Source: Longimicrobiales bacterium (GTDB taxonomy: Bacteria > Gemmatimonadota > Gemmatimonadetes > Longimicrobiales > Gaopeijiaceae). Taken from it: a stretch of DNA of 64,000 nucleotides. The translations under genes and the position numbers were made by a program. Shown in pieces: positions 1 through 10,862 of this stretch (position 1 is the stretch's first letter; the number at the start of each line of letters is the position of its first letter). The stretch covers positions 3,136,001-3,200,000 of the forward strand of contig OZ241892.1 of assembly GCA_965203485.1 (NCBI GenBank), in the 5' to 3' direction. The notes beneath the pieces are model-generated. The model had not been told where the DNA came from, did no database searches, and saw only the letters and a list, made by a program, of their open reading frames with translations.

Positions 1-1425
1 CTTGGCTTCGAGCAGATTGTCCACGTAGTGGTAGTTGCCGTTTCCGTGGTCGGCGAGCTGTTCCATCTTCGAGTCCTTGAGGTTGCCCGTTCCGAAGCCC
101 AGCACCGTGAGGAACGTGCCCGACTCGCGCTCGCGCTCGATCAAGCGCACCATCTCTCCGTCGCTGGACGGGCCGACGTTGAAGTCGCCGTCGGTGGCGA
201 GGACAATGCGATTGCTTCCGCCCTCGATGCGGTTCTTGCCCGCAGTTTCGTACGCCAGCTGGAGCCCGGCGCCTCCCGCGGTGCTTCCGCCCGCGTGCAA
301 CTGGTCCAAGGCGGCGAGGATTTCGCCCCTCTGGTTGCCGGGCGTCGAGGGAAGCGCCAAGCCTGCCGCGCCCGCGTACACAACGATCGCGACGCGGTCC
401 TGGGGCCGAAGCTGCTCGACCAGCAAGGCGAACGCCTTCTTGAGCAGGGGCAACTTGTCGGGCCCGGACATCGATCCCGAGACGTCCATCAGAAAGACCA
501 AGTTGCTGGGCGGCAGATGCGCGGTCTCGACCGAACGCGCCCGCATTCCGATGCGGACCAAGCGATGGCCGGGCTTCCATGGCGCGTCCCATACTTCGGT
601 GGCCACGGTAAACGGGCGCTCGCCCCGAACTTCGCCCCAGGAGTAGGGGAAGTAGTTGATCATCTCCTCGATTCGAACAGCGTCGACGGGCGGACGTTCT
701 CCCGACTGGATGAAGCGCCGCACGTTGGCGTAGGAGGCCCGGTCCACGTCGATGGAGAAGGTGGAGAGCGGCGCCGCGCTGACGAGCCGAAAGTCGTTCT
801 CCGGCAAGTGGGCGTAGGACTCGGTGTTGAAGTCGGCCAGCGGCCCTTGATGCAGCCGCAACCTTGCCTGGGCCTGGACGCGGCCGTGGACGACGAACTC
901 CTCGAGCGGCGCCGCCGGCTCGATGCTGGGCATGGCACCGGGCGAGAGCGCGAAGTCCACAATCGCGGTCTCGCCCGGCGCGACCGTTATCGTTTCGCGC
1001 GCCGTCTCGTATCCGGGGGCCGAGGCCTCGACGACGTGTTCGCCCGAGGGGACGCCCAGCCGAAAGCCTCCCGCCGAGTTGGTCGCTTGGCCGGTCGAGG
1101 TTCCGGCAATTGCGACCCAGGCGCTCGCGAGCGGCATTCCCGAGTCGGCGTCGCGCACCTTTCCGGCGACGACCGCAGTCTGCACCTGCGCCGCGACGCA
1201 CGGCGGCGCCGCAACGCTGGCGGCCGCGGCGAGAAGAGCGGTTCGGCGGAGCGCCGCGCCGGTCCGGCCTGCAAGTGCGCGCAACGCTCGGCGCGAAGCC
1301 AAGGCGGCGGTGGCGGCCGTGGCGGCGGGCTTGGCGGCGGGCGGCGCCGCAATGCCGACGCCCGTGGCGACGACGGCCGCGTTGAACGGTCCCGTGGCGC
1401 GCTGTTCGCAACTTCGTCGAGTCAT
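1..1425 (-). CDS. vWA domain protein (YfbK-like) with N-terminal carboxypeptidase-regulatory-like domain; 3' end lies outside the window
   Basis: Manual translation (absent from the ORF track): STFSIDVDRASYANVRRF, NLVFLMDVSGSM (MIDAS), GGSTAGGAG, LATDGDFNVG, LADHGNGNY. Start codon uncertain. Confidence 0.9.
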   Translation of the reverse strand, partial: MTRRSCEQRATGPFNAAVVATGVGIAAPPAAKPAATAATAALASRRALRALAGRTGAALRRTALLAAAASVAAPPCVAAQVQTAVVAGKVRDADSGMPLASAWVAIAGTSTGQATNSAGGFRLGVPSGEHVVEASAPGYETARETITVAPGETAIVDFALSPGAMPSIEPAAPLEEFVVHGRVQAQARLRLHQGPLADFNTESYAHLPENDFRLVSAAPLSTFSIDVDRASYANVRRFIQSGERPPVDAVRIEEMINYFPYSWGEVRGERPFTVATEVWDAPWKPGHRLVRIGMRARSVETAHLPPSNLVFLMDVSGSMSGPDKLPLLKKAFALLVEQLRPQDRVAIVVYAGAAGLALPSTPGNQRGEILAALDQLHAGGSTAGGAGLQLAYETAGKNRIEGGSNRIVLATDGDFNVGPSSDGEMVRLIERERESGTFLTVLGFGTGNLKDSKMEQLADHGNGNYHYVDNLLEAK

Positions 1426-1632
1426 GGCAACCTCGCTCCCTTTCTCCTGTCTCGTGGCGCGAAAGGCGCGCGCAACCCCCCTAAAGCGGCCCAGCCGTGC
1501 TCGCGAACCGCGAGGCGCGGGCAACGGTCCCTGCCGCAACATACCGTCCGAGGGCCGCACTTGCTCCGTTGACCAGAGGACTTCGGCCGGCGAGGAAAGG
1601 TTGCCGCGTCTCCGGCCCACAGCTCTTGGGCG

Positions 1633-2151
1633 CTACGGCGACCCCTGCGACGGTTCTCGGCCGGGCGGATACCAGCAGCCTTCCGACCGGCTAGTGTCCA
1701 CCAGCTGCGTGATCCGCCAGTCCTCGCCGGCGCGGTAGAGCTCGAAGGCGTCCGAGCCGCAGTGGGAGAACTCCTCTCCCAAGAAGAAGGCGTACTTGGT
1801 CCACATTTGGGCCAAGCGGCCGTCCACGTTCACGACCCAGTCCCATATCGGCTCGTCCCACACTTCGTCCTTGGGCCGTCCGATTGCCGCGACGAAGCCG
1901 TCCACCGGCCCGAAGCTGATGCCCTCGTCGGTGGCGCGCCCCAAGCGGGCGTCCGCGTGGAAGACCGAGGCGGCCAGTTCGCCGTCGTTGGTGCGCATTG
2001 CCTCGAAGAGGCGCTCGACGGTCGCGACGACCTCGGCCACGGCTGGATCGGCTTCGGGCTCGGCGGCGGTTTCGGGCGGCAGGCCCTTTTGCACGCACGC
2101 GGCGGACGCGGCTGCGACCACCAGCGAAGCGGCGGTGATGCGGCGGTTCAT
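1633..2151 (-). CDS. NTF2/SnoaL-like lipoprotein
   Basis: Signal peptide with lipobox-like SAAC; WDEPIWD, AQMWTKYAF and SHCGSDAF are typical of the NTF2-like family. Confidence 0.75.
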   Translation of the reverse strand: MNRRITAASLVVAAASAACVQKGLPPETAAEPEADPAVAEVVATVERLFEAMRTNDGELAASVFHADARLGRATDEGISFGPVDGFVAAIGRPKDEVWDEPIWDWVVNVDGRLAQMWTKYAFFLGEEFSHCGSDAFELYRAGEDWRITQLVDTSRSEGCWYPPGREPSQGSP

Positions 2152-2279
2152 CCAAGTTCTCCTTGTTCGTTCGGGATTCGCGGGGGGCCGCGTGGCGCAA
2201 CGCGGCGCGGCGTCCGGCAACCCCCCGCTACGGGGGTGCGCACCTTGGCATCCGCGGCAGGCTTCGCGCCTCCCGGAGC

Positions 2280-3560
2280 TCATGGACACGCGTCCGTCTC
2301 GTCGGCCGGCGCGACTCGGTTCGGTCGTTCGGCCACGACCGGGCCCCGCCTCGCGGGGGGCTTGAAGTAGCCAACATGGTCCAGCATGAAGGCCCGGATC
2401 GCGCGCGCCGCCTTGGCGGCGTACGAGCGGCGGTTTGCCGGCGTGTCCCTCACGCCCGCGTACTGATGCTCCAGCTGAATGCCGCTGATCACCTCGCCGT
2501 CCCCGACTGAGCCGTGGATGCGCGTGCTGTAGCCGCCCCTGAAGTACGGGCTGCTCCCGGGCGACGGCGCCGCGGGGCTGGGAACGGAGGCCACGCCCTC
2601 GGCTTGCAGGAGGCCCCCGAAGGACGTGGCGCCGCGGAGAAGGTGGGCGAAGGGCAATGGCGAGTCGCGCCCGAGCTCCCGTATGCTTGAGCAGCGGACG
2701 ACCCCCAGCGAGTTGAGGGACGCGTCGGGGCCGTTCAGCTGTTCCGCAGGCAGGAGATAGCCCAGTTCGACGCGGTCGATCTCGTGCGAATGGCCGTGGA
2801 TGTCCAGGTAGAGGCCCTCGCCGGAGCCGTGCGCGGCGAACGTGCTGCTGACGGTGGCGCGCGCGTCGCGTATCCAATCGTGGTACTCGCGCCAGGCCTG
2901 TTCCGCATACGGATTTCCCTGGGCCGCCTCCTCGATGTCTCGGTTCGGGTCCAGCTTGGCGCGGGCCAAGTGGGAGACCACGAGGTGCGGGGCGAGCCCC
3001 GTCAGTGCGATCAGCTCTTCGCGAACGGCCAGCGCGAGCTCCAGCGTGTTGCGGTCGTTCAGCATGACGCCGTACCTCCGGTCGCCGATCTCGCTGGGCG
3101 CGGCCGCGCCCCCGTGTCCCGCCGAGACGATCACCGGGAGTTCGCCCGGTACGTACTGCACGTAGTTCCGTCGCCCGTAGTAGCTGCGCCCCGGCTCGTA
3201 GCGGCCGACGCGCTCGGGCACGAAGACTTCCAGTTGCGCGGTGGCGCTGATCCCTTGGGCCCTCGCGGTGACCGTCGTGGTTCCGTTGGCGAGGCCGGTC
3301 GCCAAGCCGCGCGCGCTCACCGACGCGACGTCCGGGTCGGCCACCGACCATTCGAGGCGCGCGGCGACAACTCCGCCGTCGGGCCCACGGGCCGTGGCGG
3401 CGAACTGGGCCGCCGAACCCACGCCTACGACGAGGGCCGCGGGCGGCTCAATGGCCAAACCGGTTGGAGCGGGCTCCGCCGGGCCTTCGCCGCCGCACGC
3501 CAGCGACACCGACGTCCCCGCGGCCGCGCCGAGCGCTCGTGCCCGCCGCCGCGCGTTCAC
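2280..3560 (-). CDS. Lipoprotein with Ig-like (Big_2) domain and N-formylglutamate amidohydrolase-like Zn-hydrolase domain
   Basis: SLACGG lipobox; WSVADPDVASVSARGLATG Ig motif; SAGHGG, LDPNR, DIHGH and IQLE motifs. GTG start assumed. Confidence 0.65.
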   Translation of the reverse strand: MNARRRARALGAAAGTSVSLACGGEGPAEPAPTGLAIEPPAALVVGVGSAAQFAATARGPDGGVVAARLEWSVADPDVASVSARGLATGLANGTTTVTARAQGISATAQLEVFVPERVGRYEPGRSYYGRRNYVQYVPGELPVIVSAGHGGAAAPSEIGDRRYGVMLNDRNTLELALAVREELIALTGLAPHLVVSHLARAKLDPNRDIEEAAQGNPYAEQAWREYHDWIRDARATVSSTFAAHGSGEGLYLDIHGHSHEIDRVELGYLLPAEQLNGPDASLNSLGVVRCSSIRELGRDSPLPFAHLLRGATSFGGLLQAEGVASVPSPAAPSPGSSPYFRGGYSTRIHGSVGDGEVISGIQLEHQYAGVRDTPANRRSYAAKAARAIRAFMLDHVGYFKPPARRGPVVAERPNRVAPADETDACP

Positions 3561-3868
3561 GTTGCCGCGCGGCCGTCGCCGGCCAGGGAACATCGTCGTC
3601 GAATGCGAATCCGACTGCGTGCCCGCCACGCCGATGCCTGGCGCGACCATCCGCTGTCCATCGAGCACTCTTGGCGATCCCCTTCCTGCGTAGCGGAACG
3701 TCCGGCCAAGATTGGCGCGCACCCCGCCCGCCGCGCGATTCCCCTGCAACCGCCGCGGCGTCCAAGCGCGGGCGCGACGGTCACGGACGGTCCCGTCCAG
3801 TGGATTCTGCAACGAACTTGGCGCTCGCGCAATTCGCGGAACTCGTCGGGGTCCCTGAACTTGCGCTC

Positions 3869-5074
3869 ATGAACGCCGCCGACCTCGCTCGCCACTACGC
3901 CCGCTTTCGCGTTTCCGAGCGCGTGCTTCTGACGGGGCACTCCCATCAAGCGTGGCCCGACGTGGCCTTCGACGCGCAGCAGCAGGCGTGGCTCGACGCC
4001 GCGGAGCACATGGACGACAAGTGGGACTTGGCGTTCAAGGTCGCCGACCGCGTGCGCGCAGGCTACCGGCGCTTGCTCGACGATCCCGACGGCCACATCG
4101 CTCTCGGCCAGAACACGCACGAACTGGTGGTGCGCTTCCTGTCGGCGCTGCCGTTGCGCGACCGGCCCCGCCTCGTCACGACCGACGGCGAGTTCCACAC
4201 TGTGCGCCGCCAGTTGGACCGGCTTCGGGAGGAGGGAATCGAAGTCGCCAGCGTCGAGGCCGGCGAAGAAGCCGGGACGGTGGTCGCGGAACGATTGGCG
4301 GACGCCGTGGACGGACGGACGGCGGCCGTTCTGGTCTCTTCAGTGCTGTTTCGCGACGCCCGCATCGTCGGAGGCTTGGACGAAGTAGCGCGGGTCTGCT
4401 CGATCGCGGGCGCGGAGCTTCTGGTCGACGTCTACCACTCCCTGGCCGTGGCCCCGTTCTCCGTCCGGAGGATGGGCCTCGATCGCGCGTTCGTGGTAGG
4501 GGGCGGCTACAAGTACTGCCAGCTGGGCGAAGGCGTCGCCTTCCTGCGTATTCCCGCCGACTGCGCGCTGCGGCCCGTCGTGACCGGGTGGTTCGCCGAG
4601 TTCGGCGCCCTGGCGGATTCCCCTAGTTCGGACAGGCTCGGCTCGACGGCTTACGGCGATGGACACCTGCGCTTCGGCGGCGCGACCTACGACCCGGCAA
4701 GCCACTACCGAGCGGCGGCAGTCTTCGGCTTCTTCCGCCAACAGGGCCTGGCAGCCGAGACGCTGCGCTCGATCAGCCTTGCCCAGATCCGCCGCTTGGC
4801 AGCAGGCGTCGACGCCCTCGACCTGGACCGCGCGCTTCTGGCCCGCGACCGTTCGGTCCCGCTGGATCGCAAGGGCGGCTTCTTGGCGCTGAGCAGCCCT
4901 CGGGCCGCCGAACTCGCCTGCGCCCTGCGCGCCCGCGGGGTACACGCCGACCACCGCGACGCAATTCTGCGCTTGGGGCCCGCTCCCTACGTCACCAGCC
5001 AGCAGATCGACGACGCCACTGCGGCGCTTGGGGAGGCTGTTCGATCCCTGGACCCTGGACATCCGTTAAGTTAG
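3869..5074 (+). CDS. kynU: Kynureninase-like PLP enzyme (class V)
   Basis: LLTGHSHQAW, VDVYHS, GGGYKY (PLP lysine), VTGWFA, LRLGPAPY. Confidence 0.75.
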   Translation: MNAADLARHYARFRVSERVLLTGHSHQAWPDVAFDAQQQAWLDAAEHMDDKWDLAFKVADRVRAGYRRLLDDPDGHIALGQNTHELVVRFLSALPLRDRPRLVTTDGEFHTVRRQLDRLREEGIEVASVEAGEEAGTVVAERLADAVDGRTAAVLVSSVLFRDARIVGGLDEVARVCSIAGAELLVDVYHSLAVAPFSVRRMGLDRAFVVGGGYKYCQLGEGVAFLRIPADCALRPVVTGWFAEFGALADSPSSDRLGSTAYGDGHLRFGGATYDPASHYRAAAVFGFFRQQGLAAETLRSISLAQIRRLAAGVDALDLDRALLARDRSVPLDRKGGFLALSSPRAAELACALRARGVHADHRDAILRLGPAPYVTSQQIDDATAALGEAVRSLDPGHPLS

Positions 5075-5162
5075 GTTCCGGCCGTGGCCATGCCCACGGA
5101 GGCCCCTCTTCGACCGGCGACGGCGGTTCGAGGAACGGGGCCCTTCCCCGAATGCGCGCCTC

Positions 5163-8100
5163 CTACCCCCCTCGCTTCCAGGTAGCCGACAGCTTGATGC
5201 GCCGCCCCCGGGAGCTGTGCGTGAAGGCGTCGTAGGACTGCTCCCAGGCCACGAAGGGCGGGTCGGCGTCGAGGACGTTGGTCACCGACAACGCGACGTC
5301 GAACCCTTGAGTGGCGCGGCGCAGCACGCTCATGTCCCAGGTGATCCACCCGTCGATCGTCTCGTACCGCGTTCCCACGAACGCGTCGTTGGTGTAGGAC
5401 GAAACCGTGTTGAAGTGGTTGACCCAGCTGTAGTCGCCCCGATGCGCACCCGCTGAGAATCGCAGCTTCCAACGCGGAAGAGGCGGGGCCGTCGGGCTTC
5501 CCCAGTTGAGCTTCCCGACGCCGTCCTGTTCGGGATACGCGTCCACAGACACTCGCGAAAGCTCTCCTTCGCCACTGAGGGACAGCGTCTTGATGTCGTA
5601 GGTCTGCGTGTAGGTGCCGTCCATGCCGAGCGACACGACCCCTTCTCCCGCAGGCAGGCGCGCGCTCGCATGCCAGTCGAAACCCGACGTCGACACGCCC
5701 GGCCAGTTGATCAAGTCGACCCGGATGCGCTCGAGGTTGCTGGCGTCGCAAGAACCGTCGTGCCTAGCGCCGGGACAGGTAACCAAGTGTTGCACGATCC
5801 TGCGAGTGGTTAGGTCTCCCGCATAGAGACGCGCGATGCTCGCATACGGCGTGATGTCGATCATGTCTTTGAAGTCGTAGCTCCAGTAGTCGACCGACGC
5901 CCGAACGCGCGACAGCTGCAAGCTGAGTCCGGCGTTGTAGGTGAACGCCTGCTCAGGACGCAGGTGGGGGTTGCCGTAGGTATCGGTGGCCTTGTACGTG
6001 CCCACTTCGGAGACATAGGCCGACGCCGTATTCTGCTGATCGTTCAGGTCGTCCACCGACGGTGTGCGGAACGTCGTTTGAACGGACACGCGGAGAGCCA
6101 GCGGGTCCGCGATCTGAAAGCGCATCGCCAATCTGGGGTCGAAGCTGCTGGCCGTGCTGTGGAACTCGTAGTTGGCCGCGGCTTGTGCGCTGAAGCGTTC
6201 GCCGAAGGTCATCGGCACCTCGGCGAAGAACCTGTGCACCGTCTGCGTCCCGTCGTAAGGATAATAGCCGTTAGTGAACGTGAACGCGCCCGCTTTCTCA
6301 ATGCAACTCTTGTCTCCGAGCACGGGACACGGATTCACGTTGAGGTCTCCGGCCCTGTTGGGCGTGCCCGCGACAGCGACGCGGCGGAACTGGTAGCCGG
6401 CGGCGAAGTTAGCTCTGTCCTCCACCAGCGTGCCCTTGAGCAAGGCGTCGCCGACGAGCAAGGTGGCCGTGCCCTTGAGGTCGACTTCCTCGTTGATCCA
6501 GTTGATGAGCTCCGGCGAATTCGCAAGGCTCGCCACATAGTCCGGGTTCGACTGCGTCTCGTAGGTAGCGCCGGGTTGCTGCGAATACTCGTGGGCGTTG
6601 CTGAAGGGATTGTAGTACATGCAAGAGCCCTGTCCCGGCACAGAGCCGCCGACCGGGCCCAGCGCCATGCCCGAAGGACTCGACGAGTCGACCACGACGT
6701 CCACTCCGCAGTCGGGTCCGCCGAAGCCCCGGAAAGCCAGGAACTTGCGATGCGCGTACTCGGCCGGCAGGCTGACGTTGCCCGCGGCGCGAGAGAAGCT
6801 GGCCGCCACTTCCAGAGTGAGATCCTCGTCCGCGAGAGTGCCGACGGGCTTCTCGGCCGAGGCCGCCAAGCGCCACGTGTTGGAAGCCCGCTGCAAGAAC
6901 CGCCCCGGGCCGCTGTTCCCGACTAGGCGGCCATAGAAGTACCAGTCGTCCTCCAGGCAATCGGCCTCGGACCCGAATCCGGCCTGCGAGCCGTACCTTC
7001 CGCAAAAGTCGCGCCTGCCTGGATGGTTCGGTGCGACCACTTGCGTGCCGTCGTAGATCGAAATGGGCGGATAGGACGGAGTCGTGAACCAGTTCGGCAT
7101 CCCCGCATGCGCGAGCATCCCCTCGACGTGATAGCTGCCTTCGTCGTCCGCCCACGTGCCGTTGAGTTCTCCGAAGGCCCGCACATGCCTCGATTCCTGC
7201 TGCAGGTCGTCCCAAGGCTGGTAGCGGAAACGACAAGTCGCGGGTTCGATGTGACCGCCGAATTGTCGGCACAGCGGGTCCACGAAGACGGGTGCGGCGG
7301 CGAGCGCTTCGACGAACTCGGTCTTGTCTTCGTCGCCGCTCAACTCCGGGAAGAGGAATGCGCCCGGGTTGCCCGTGTAGGACCAGGAGCCCGCGCCCGC
7401 GATGAACGTATCGGCCAGCGCCCAGTCGCGATCCCTGACGTGGAGGGCCTGGTTGAGCGTCACTTCCGCCGAGAGCACGGCGTGTGCCGTCTCCCCCACG
7501 CGCCGACCCCAGATGCCGCCCACGTTCGTATTGCCGGAAGCCGCGTAGTATTCGTGCGCCGCCGTCAATTCCACGCCCTCGAAGTCTTTGCGCGTCAGGA
7601 AATTGACCACGCCCGCCACCGCGTCGGATCCATACACGGCGGACGCGCCCTCCTTGAGCACTTCAATCTTCTCGATCGCCACGGAAGGGAACGAGTTCAC
7701 GTCCACGAAACGGCCCCCGTAGATGCGCACCGGGACATACGTTTGGCGCTTGCCGTTGAGCAGCACGAGGGTCCTGGAAGCCCCGAGGCCCCGCAGATTG
7801 ACGCTCGCCACGGTCTCGGGGACCGTCCCCGCCTGCTTGGTGTTGTACCAGCCCTGGCGTTCGCCCAGCGAGCCGTGGCTCGCGCCCAGGTTCTTGAAGA
7901 AGTCGGTCGCCTGCGGCGATCCCTGCTCTGCCAGCGTCCGCCGTCCCGACACGGCGACGGAGTATGGCAAAGTCGTCGGAGACTCCTGAAACGCCGTGCC
8001 CGTGACCACGACGGCTTCCAGTTGCAGGCCCGTGGAGTGCAGCTTGAAGTCCACCGAAGCCGTCCCGCCTTCGGCGATCGTCACCGTTTGCGTGACGCCG

Positions 8101-8417
8101 GCGTAGCCAAGCAGGTTGGCGCCTATTTCGTGAGTCCCGGCCGCCACGACGGGCATTGCGAACCGTCCGCCCGCCCGCGACGCAACGCTGATGTTGAGCG
8201 CCGCGATGTGGATCTGGACGGCTTCGAGCGGCGCTCCGGTCTCGGCGTCGGTGACGGTGCCTACCACGCTGCCCGTCTGAGCGGCAGCCGGCGCCGCAAG
8301 GGCGCCGTGGGCGGCGATGACGACGAGGCAGCCAAATGCCGGGCGAGCCACCTGTACGACGCACGACGCAAGGACGCTACGGGTGGCGGCAAAGAGAAGA
8401 GAGCCTGCGTTGCGCAT
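5163..8417 (-). CDS. TonB-dependent receptor
   Basis: Plug motifs VNLRGLGASRTLVLLNGKR and IEVLKEGASAVYGSDAVAGVVN; C-terminal NVLD..PP...GR beta strand. Confidence 0.95.
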   Translation of the reverse strand: MRNAGSLLFAATRSVLASCVVQVARPAFGCLVVIAAHGALAAPAAAQTGSVVGTVTDAETGAPLEAVQIHIAALNISVASRAGGRFAMPVVAAGTHEIGANLLGYAGVTQTVTIAEGGTASVDFKLHSTGLQLEAVVVTGTAFQESPTTLPYSVAVSGRRTLAEQGSPQATDFFKNLGASHGSLGERQGWYNTKQAGTVPETVASVNLRGLGASRTLVLLNGKRQTYVPVRIYGGRFVDVNSFPSVAIEKIEVLKEGASAVYGSDAVAGVVNFLTRKDFEGVELTAAHEYYAASGNTNVGGIWGRRVGETAHAVLSAEVTLNQALHVRDRDWALADTFIAGAGSWSYTGNPGAFLFPELSGDEDKTEFVEALAAAPVFVDPLCRQFGGHIEPATCRFRYQPWDDLQQESRHVRAFGELNGTWADDEGSYHVEGMLAHAGMPNWFTTPSYPPISIYDGTQVVAPNHPGRRDFCGRYGSQAGFGSEADCLEDDWYFYGRLVGNSGPGRFLQRASNTWRLAASAEKPVGTLADEDLTLEVAASFSRAAGNVSLPAEYAHRKFLAFRGFGGPDCGVDVVVDSSSPSGMALGPVGGSVPGQGSCMYYNPFSNAHEYSQQPGATYETQSNPDYVASLANSPELINWINEEVDLKGTATLLVGDALLKGTLVEDRANFAAGYQFRRVAVAGTPNRAGDLNVNPCPVLGDKSCIEKAGAFTFTNGYYPYDGTQTVHRFFAEVPMTFGERFSAQAAANYEFHSTASSFDPRLAMRFQIADPLALRVSVQTTFRTPSVDDLNDQQNTASAYVSEVGTYKATDTYGNPHLRPEQAFTYNAGLSLQLSRVRASVDYWSYDFKDMIDITPYASIARLYAGDLTTRRIVQHLVTCPGARHDGSCDASNLERIRVDLINWPGVSTSGFDWHASARLPAGEGVVSLGMDGTYTQTYDIKTLSLSGEGELSRVSVDAYPEQDGVGKLNWGSPTAPPLPRWKLRFSAGAHRGDYSWVNHFNTVSSYTNDAFVGTRYETIDGWITWDMSVLRRATQGFDVALSVTNVLDADPPFVAWEQSYDAFTHSSRGRRIKLSATWKRGG

Positions 8418-8579
8418 GTGGAACTCCGAAGTTCGGGGGCGGGCAACCTGCACGGCATAACAATAGCCGCATCGGCGAACGAAGCAAGTAGGAGTTCTGA
8501 CGGCGGCCGGGCTCGGCCGATCCCTTGGAAGGCCCGGCGCACTGCGGAACCGGGCGATGGCGCCACGGCCGGCCGAACG

Positions 8580-9233
8580 TCACAACGGCCAACGGCGGGC
8601 GGCCGCTGTGGCCGCAACGATCGCCACCGCGACGGACAGCCCGGCCGTCCAAGCACGCGAGGACACGCCGAGCACGCGCACGGCCAGGAGACCGAACAGA
8701 GACAGGCCTGCCACGAGCGCCAACTGGGCGGCTTCCAGTCCGAGGTTGAACGACAGAAGCGGAACGAACAAGTTGCGCTCTGCGCCGAGCGCCGCCCGCA
8801 GGAAATTGGAGAACCCGAGCCCGTGGACTGCCCCGAACAAGACGGTAGTCGCATAGCGCAGACGTCGAGGGGCGACGCCCGGACGGGCGCGACGCGGAAC
8901 GGCCCGCGTCCGGCTTCGGGGCGACGGTTCAGCGCCGCCGCCGGGCCCGGAATCCAGGGGGGCCTTGCGCTCCATGAGGTTGAGCGCCGCCGCCGCGACG
9001 ACGGTCGCCAGGACCAAGAACTCCACCCAGTCGCCCGGGACCCGCACCAGCTGCAGCGTGGCCAGCGCGAGCGACGCGGAATGGCCCGCCGTGAATGCGG
9101 TAACCAGAACCAGCAACTCGCGCCACCGGCCGTATCCGCAAGCCGCGCAAAGGACCGCGAGAAAGAGCAAGTGGTCGTAGGCGCGGAAGTCCAGGAGGTG
9201 GCCGAACCCGAAGCCGAAGTAGGTTGCGAACAC
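8580..9233 (-). CDS. HupE/UreJ family membrane protein
   Basis: GFGHLL, YDHLLFL, TAFTAGHS, FGAVHGLGF, FNLGLEAAQL. GTG start at 9233. Confidence 0.85.
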   Translation of the reverse strand: MFATYFGFGFGHLLDFRAYDHLLFLAVLCAACGYGRWRELLVLVTAFTAGHSASLALATLQLVRVPGDWVEFLVLATVVAAAALNLMERKAPLDSGPGGGAEPSPRSRTRAVPRRARPGVAPRRLRYATTVLFGAVHGLGFSNFLRAALGAERNLFVPLLSFNLGLEAAQLALVAGLSLFGLLAVRVLGVSSRAWTAGLSVAVAIVAATAAARRWPL

Positions 9234-9262
9234 TCTGTGGTTTGCCCGGGCCGACGGGAGCT

Positions 9263-10567
9263 TCAGGCGCCGGCGGATTCGACGGACGCTCGCCGCTTCC
9301 TCCACGCCCTCGCCGCGGCGACCCACGCGGCGACCCACGCGAGCCACGAAACCCGCTCTGCGGGAGCCAGCATCCTGAAGTGCTCCCACAGAAGCCATGG
9401 AAGCGTCGCCGCGATTCGCAGCGGCTCCCCGTCGTGATAGGGCATTCGCCGCTCGACCACCGACGCGGCGCGGCGGCGGTCCCGGTGCAGCGCCGCCTCG
9501 ATCGCCGCGCCCAGGCCGGCCGGGGTCATGTCCCGCCAGCCCGGCATCCTCATCACGCTCCACGCCGCAGCCGTGCGGCCCCAGCCGTGCACGTTGGCGC
9601 CCGCGACCACGGCCAGGTCAAGCGAATCGGCCAGCGCCAGGATCTCTTCGCGCTCCGCTCTCGCCTGCTCGAGCCCGCGCGGAGCGCCGTCGCTCAACTC
9701 GACCCCTACGACGCCCGCCGGCTGCTGGGGCCCGAACGCGACAATCCGGTCGATGGGCCCGGGGATCGTATGAAGCATCGTGGGCGGGCGGCCGTTGCGC
9801 CCGTAGGCGGCCGCGAGCGAGTCCTCGTCGAGGTGGTGTTCGGAGTCGTCGAGTGCGAAGGCGTAGCGCGACCGGGAGCCGAGCACGTTCGTGTGGTGGT
9901 TGCGCAACCTCAGTTCGGCGCCTGAGAGGAGGACGGTTCGGTCGCCCGCGCGGGCCGGGTTGGCCGGCGACGCGTCGTCCACGCCGTCCCACGTGTAGTG
10001 GTCGGTTACGTAGGCGGCATCGAATCCGGCGCTTTCGTGCCATTCGCGATTCCGGGCGGCGGTGAAGGCGCCCAGGACGCGCCGGCCGTCGTGGGACCGG
10101 TGCGTGTGGGAGTGGAAGTCCACGGCGAGCAACTGGGGGTCGCCGAGATCGATGCCCGTCATCGGGCGTGGCGCCAGCGCCCCGCCGACGTAGAAGGCAA
10201 CCAGCAGAAGAAGCGCCGCCGCGGCCCGCGCGGTCTCCATCGCGATCGCCTGAACACGATGCCGCGCCCCCCCCTTCGAGCGCCGTCGCGCGAGCAAGCG
10301 CCGCAACAAGTACCAAACCGCGAGGGTGGTCACCACCGCCAAGTGCTGGCTGCCCGCCAACACCGACAAGCTGTCCCAAAGCCCGAAGAGCGGCGCCCCG
10401 GCCAAGTACGCCAGCCCGGTCGTCCGCTCGAAGGGCACGGCTTCGCGCGTGGCCGCGTCCCACAGCGCCGGTTGCGGGGCGAAGGCGCTCCCAACGACCG
10501 CCGTCACGACCGCGGCCGGCCAGCGCAAAGCCCAGACTCGGCGCAAGAGCGTATCGCCCGGGGTCAC
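9263..10567 (-). CDS. Membrane-anchored PHP-like metallophosphoesterase
   Basis: N-terminal TM helices; DFHSHT..SHDG, YVTDH, GAE and GANVHG motifs. Confidence 0.7.
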   Translation of the reverse strand: MTPGDTLLRRVWALRWPAAVVTAVVGSAFAPQPALWDAATREAVPFERTTGLAYLAGAPLFGLWDSLSVLAGSQHLAVVTTLAVWYLLRRLLARRRSKGGARHRVQAIAMETARAAAALLLLVAFYVGGALAPRPMTGIDLGDPQLLAVDFHSHTHRSHDGRRVLGAFTAARNREWHESAGFDAAYVTDHYTWDGVDDASPANPARAGDRTVLLSGAELRLRNHHTNVLGSRSRYAFALDDSEHHLDEDSLAAAYGRNGRPPTMLHTIPGPIDRIVAFGPQQPAGVVGVELSDGAPRGLEQARAEREEILALADSLDLAVVAGANVHGWGRTAAAWSVMRMPGWRDMTPAGLGAAIEAALHRDRRRAASVVERRMPYHDGEPLRIAATLPWLLWEHFRMLAPAERVSWLAWVAAWVAAARAWRKRRASVESAGA

Positions 10568-10862
10568 TCGAAGCCCCTCCCTGTCGTTGCCCGACGCCCC
10601 AATCGACGCCGCAGTCTTCGCCGCGCCGAACCCACCTCGCCGCCATCAAATCATAGCACGCCCGCGTCCAGTGCGCACGGCGGCGGCGCCATCCCCGGAC
10701 CCGGCCCGGCTTCGGACCCGGCGGCGCGCGCTCCGCAGCAGCGCTCCCCTTGGCAACGGCGCCCGCGCGGCCATAAGATGAGACGACCGACCCTGGATAC
10801 CTTCGCATCCCACCCGCCCGTGCTCTGCCGGCACGGAGTCCCACGAACTCGGAGAAGCCGTC

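Noticed and set aside
28..1572. 514-aa plus-strand ORF
   Set aside because: Antisense shadow of the minus-strand vWA gene; no motifs of its own.
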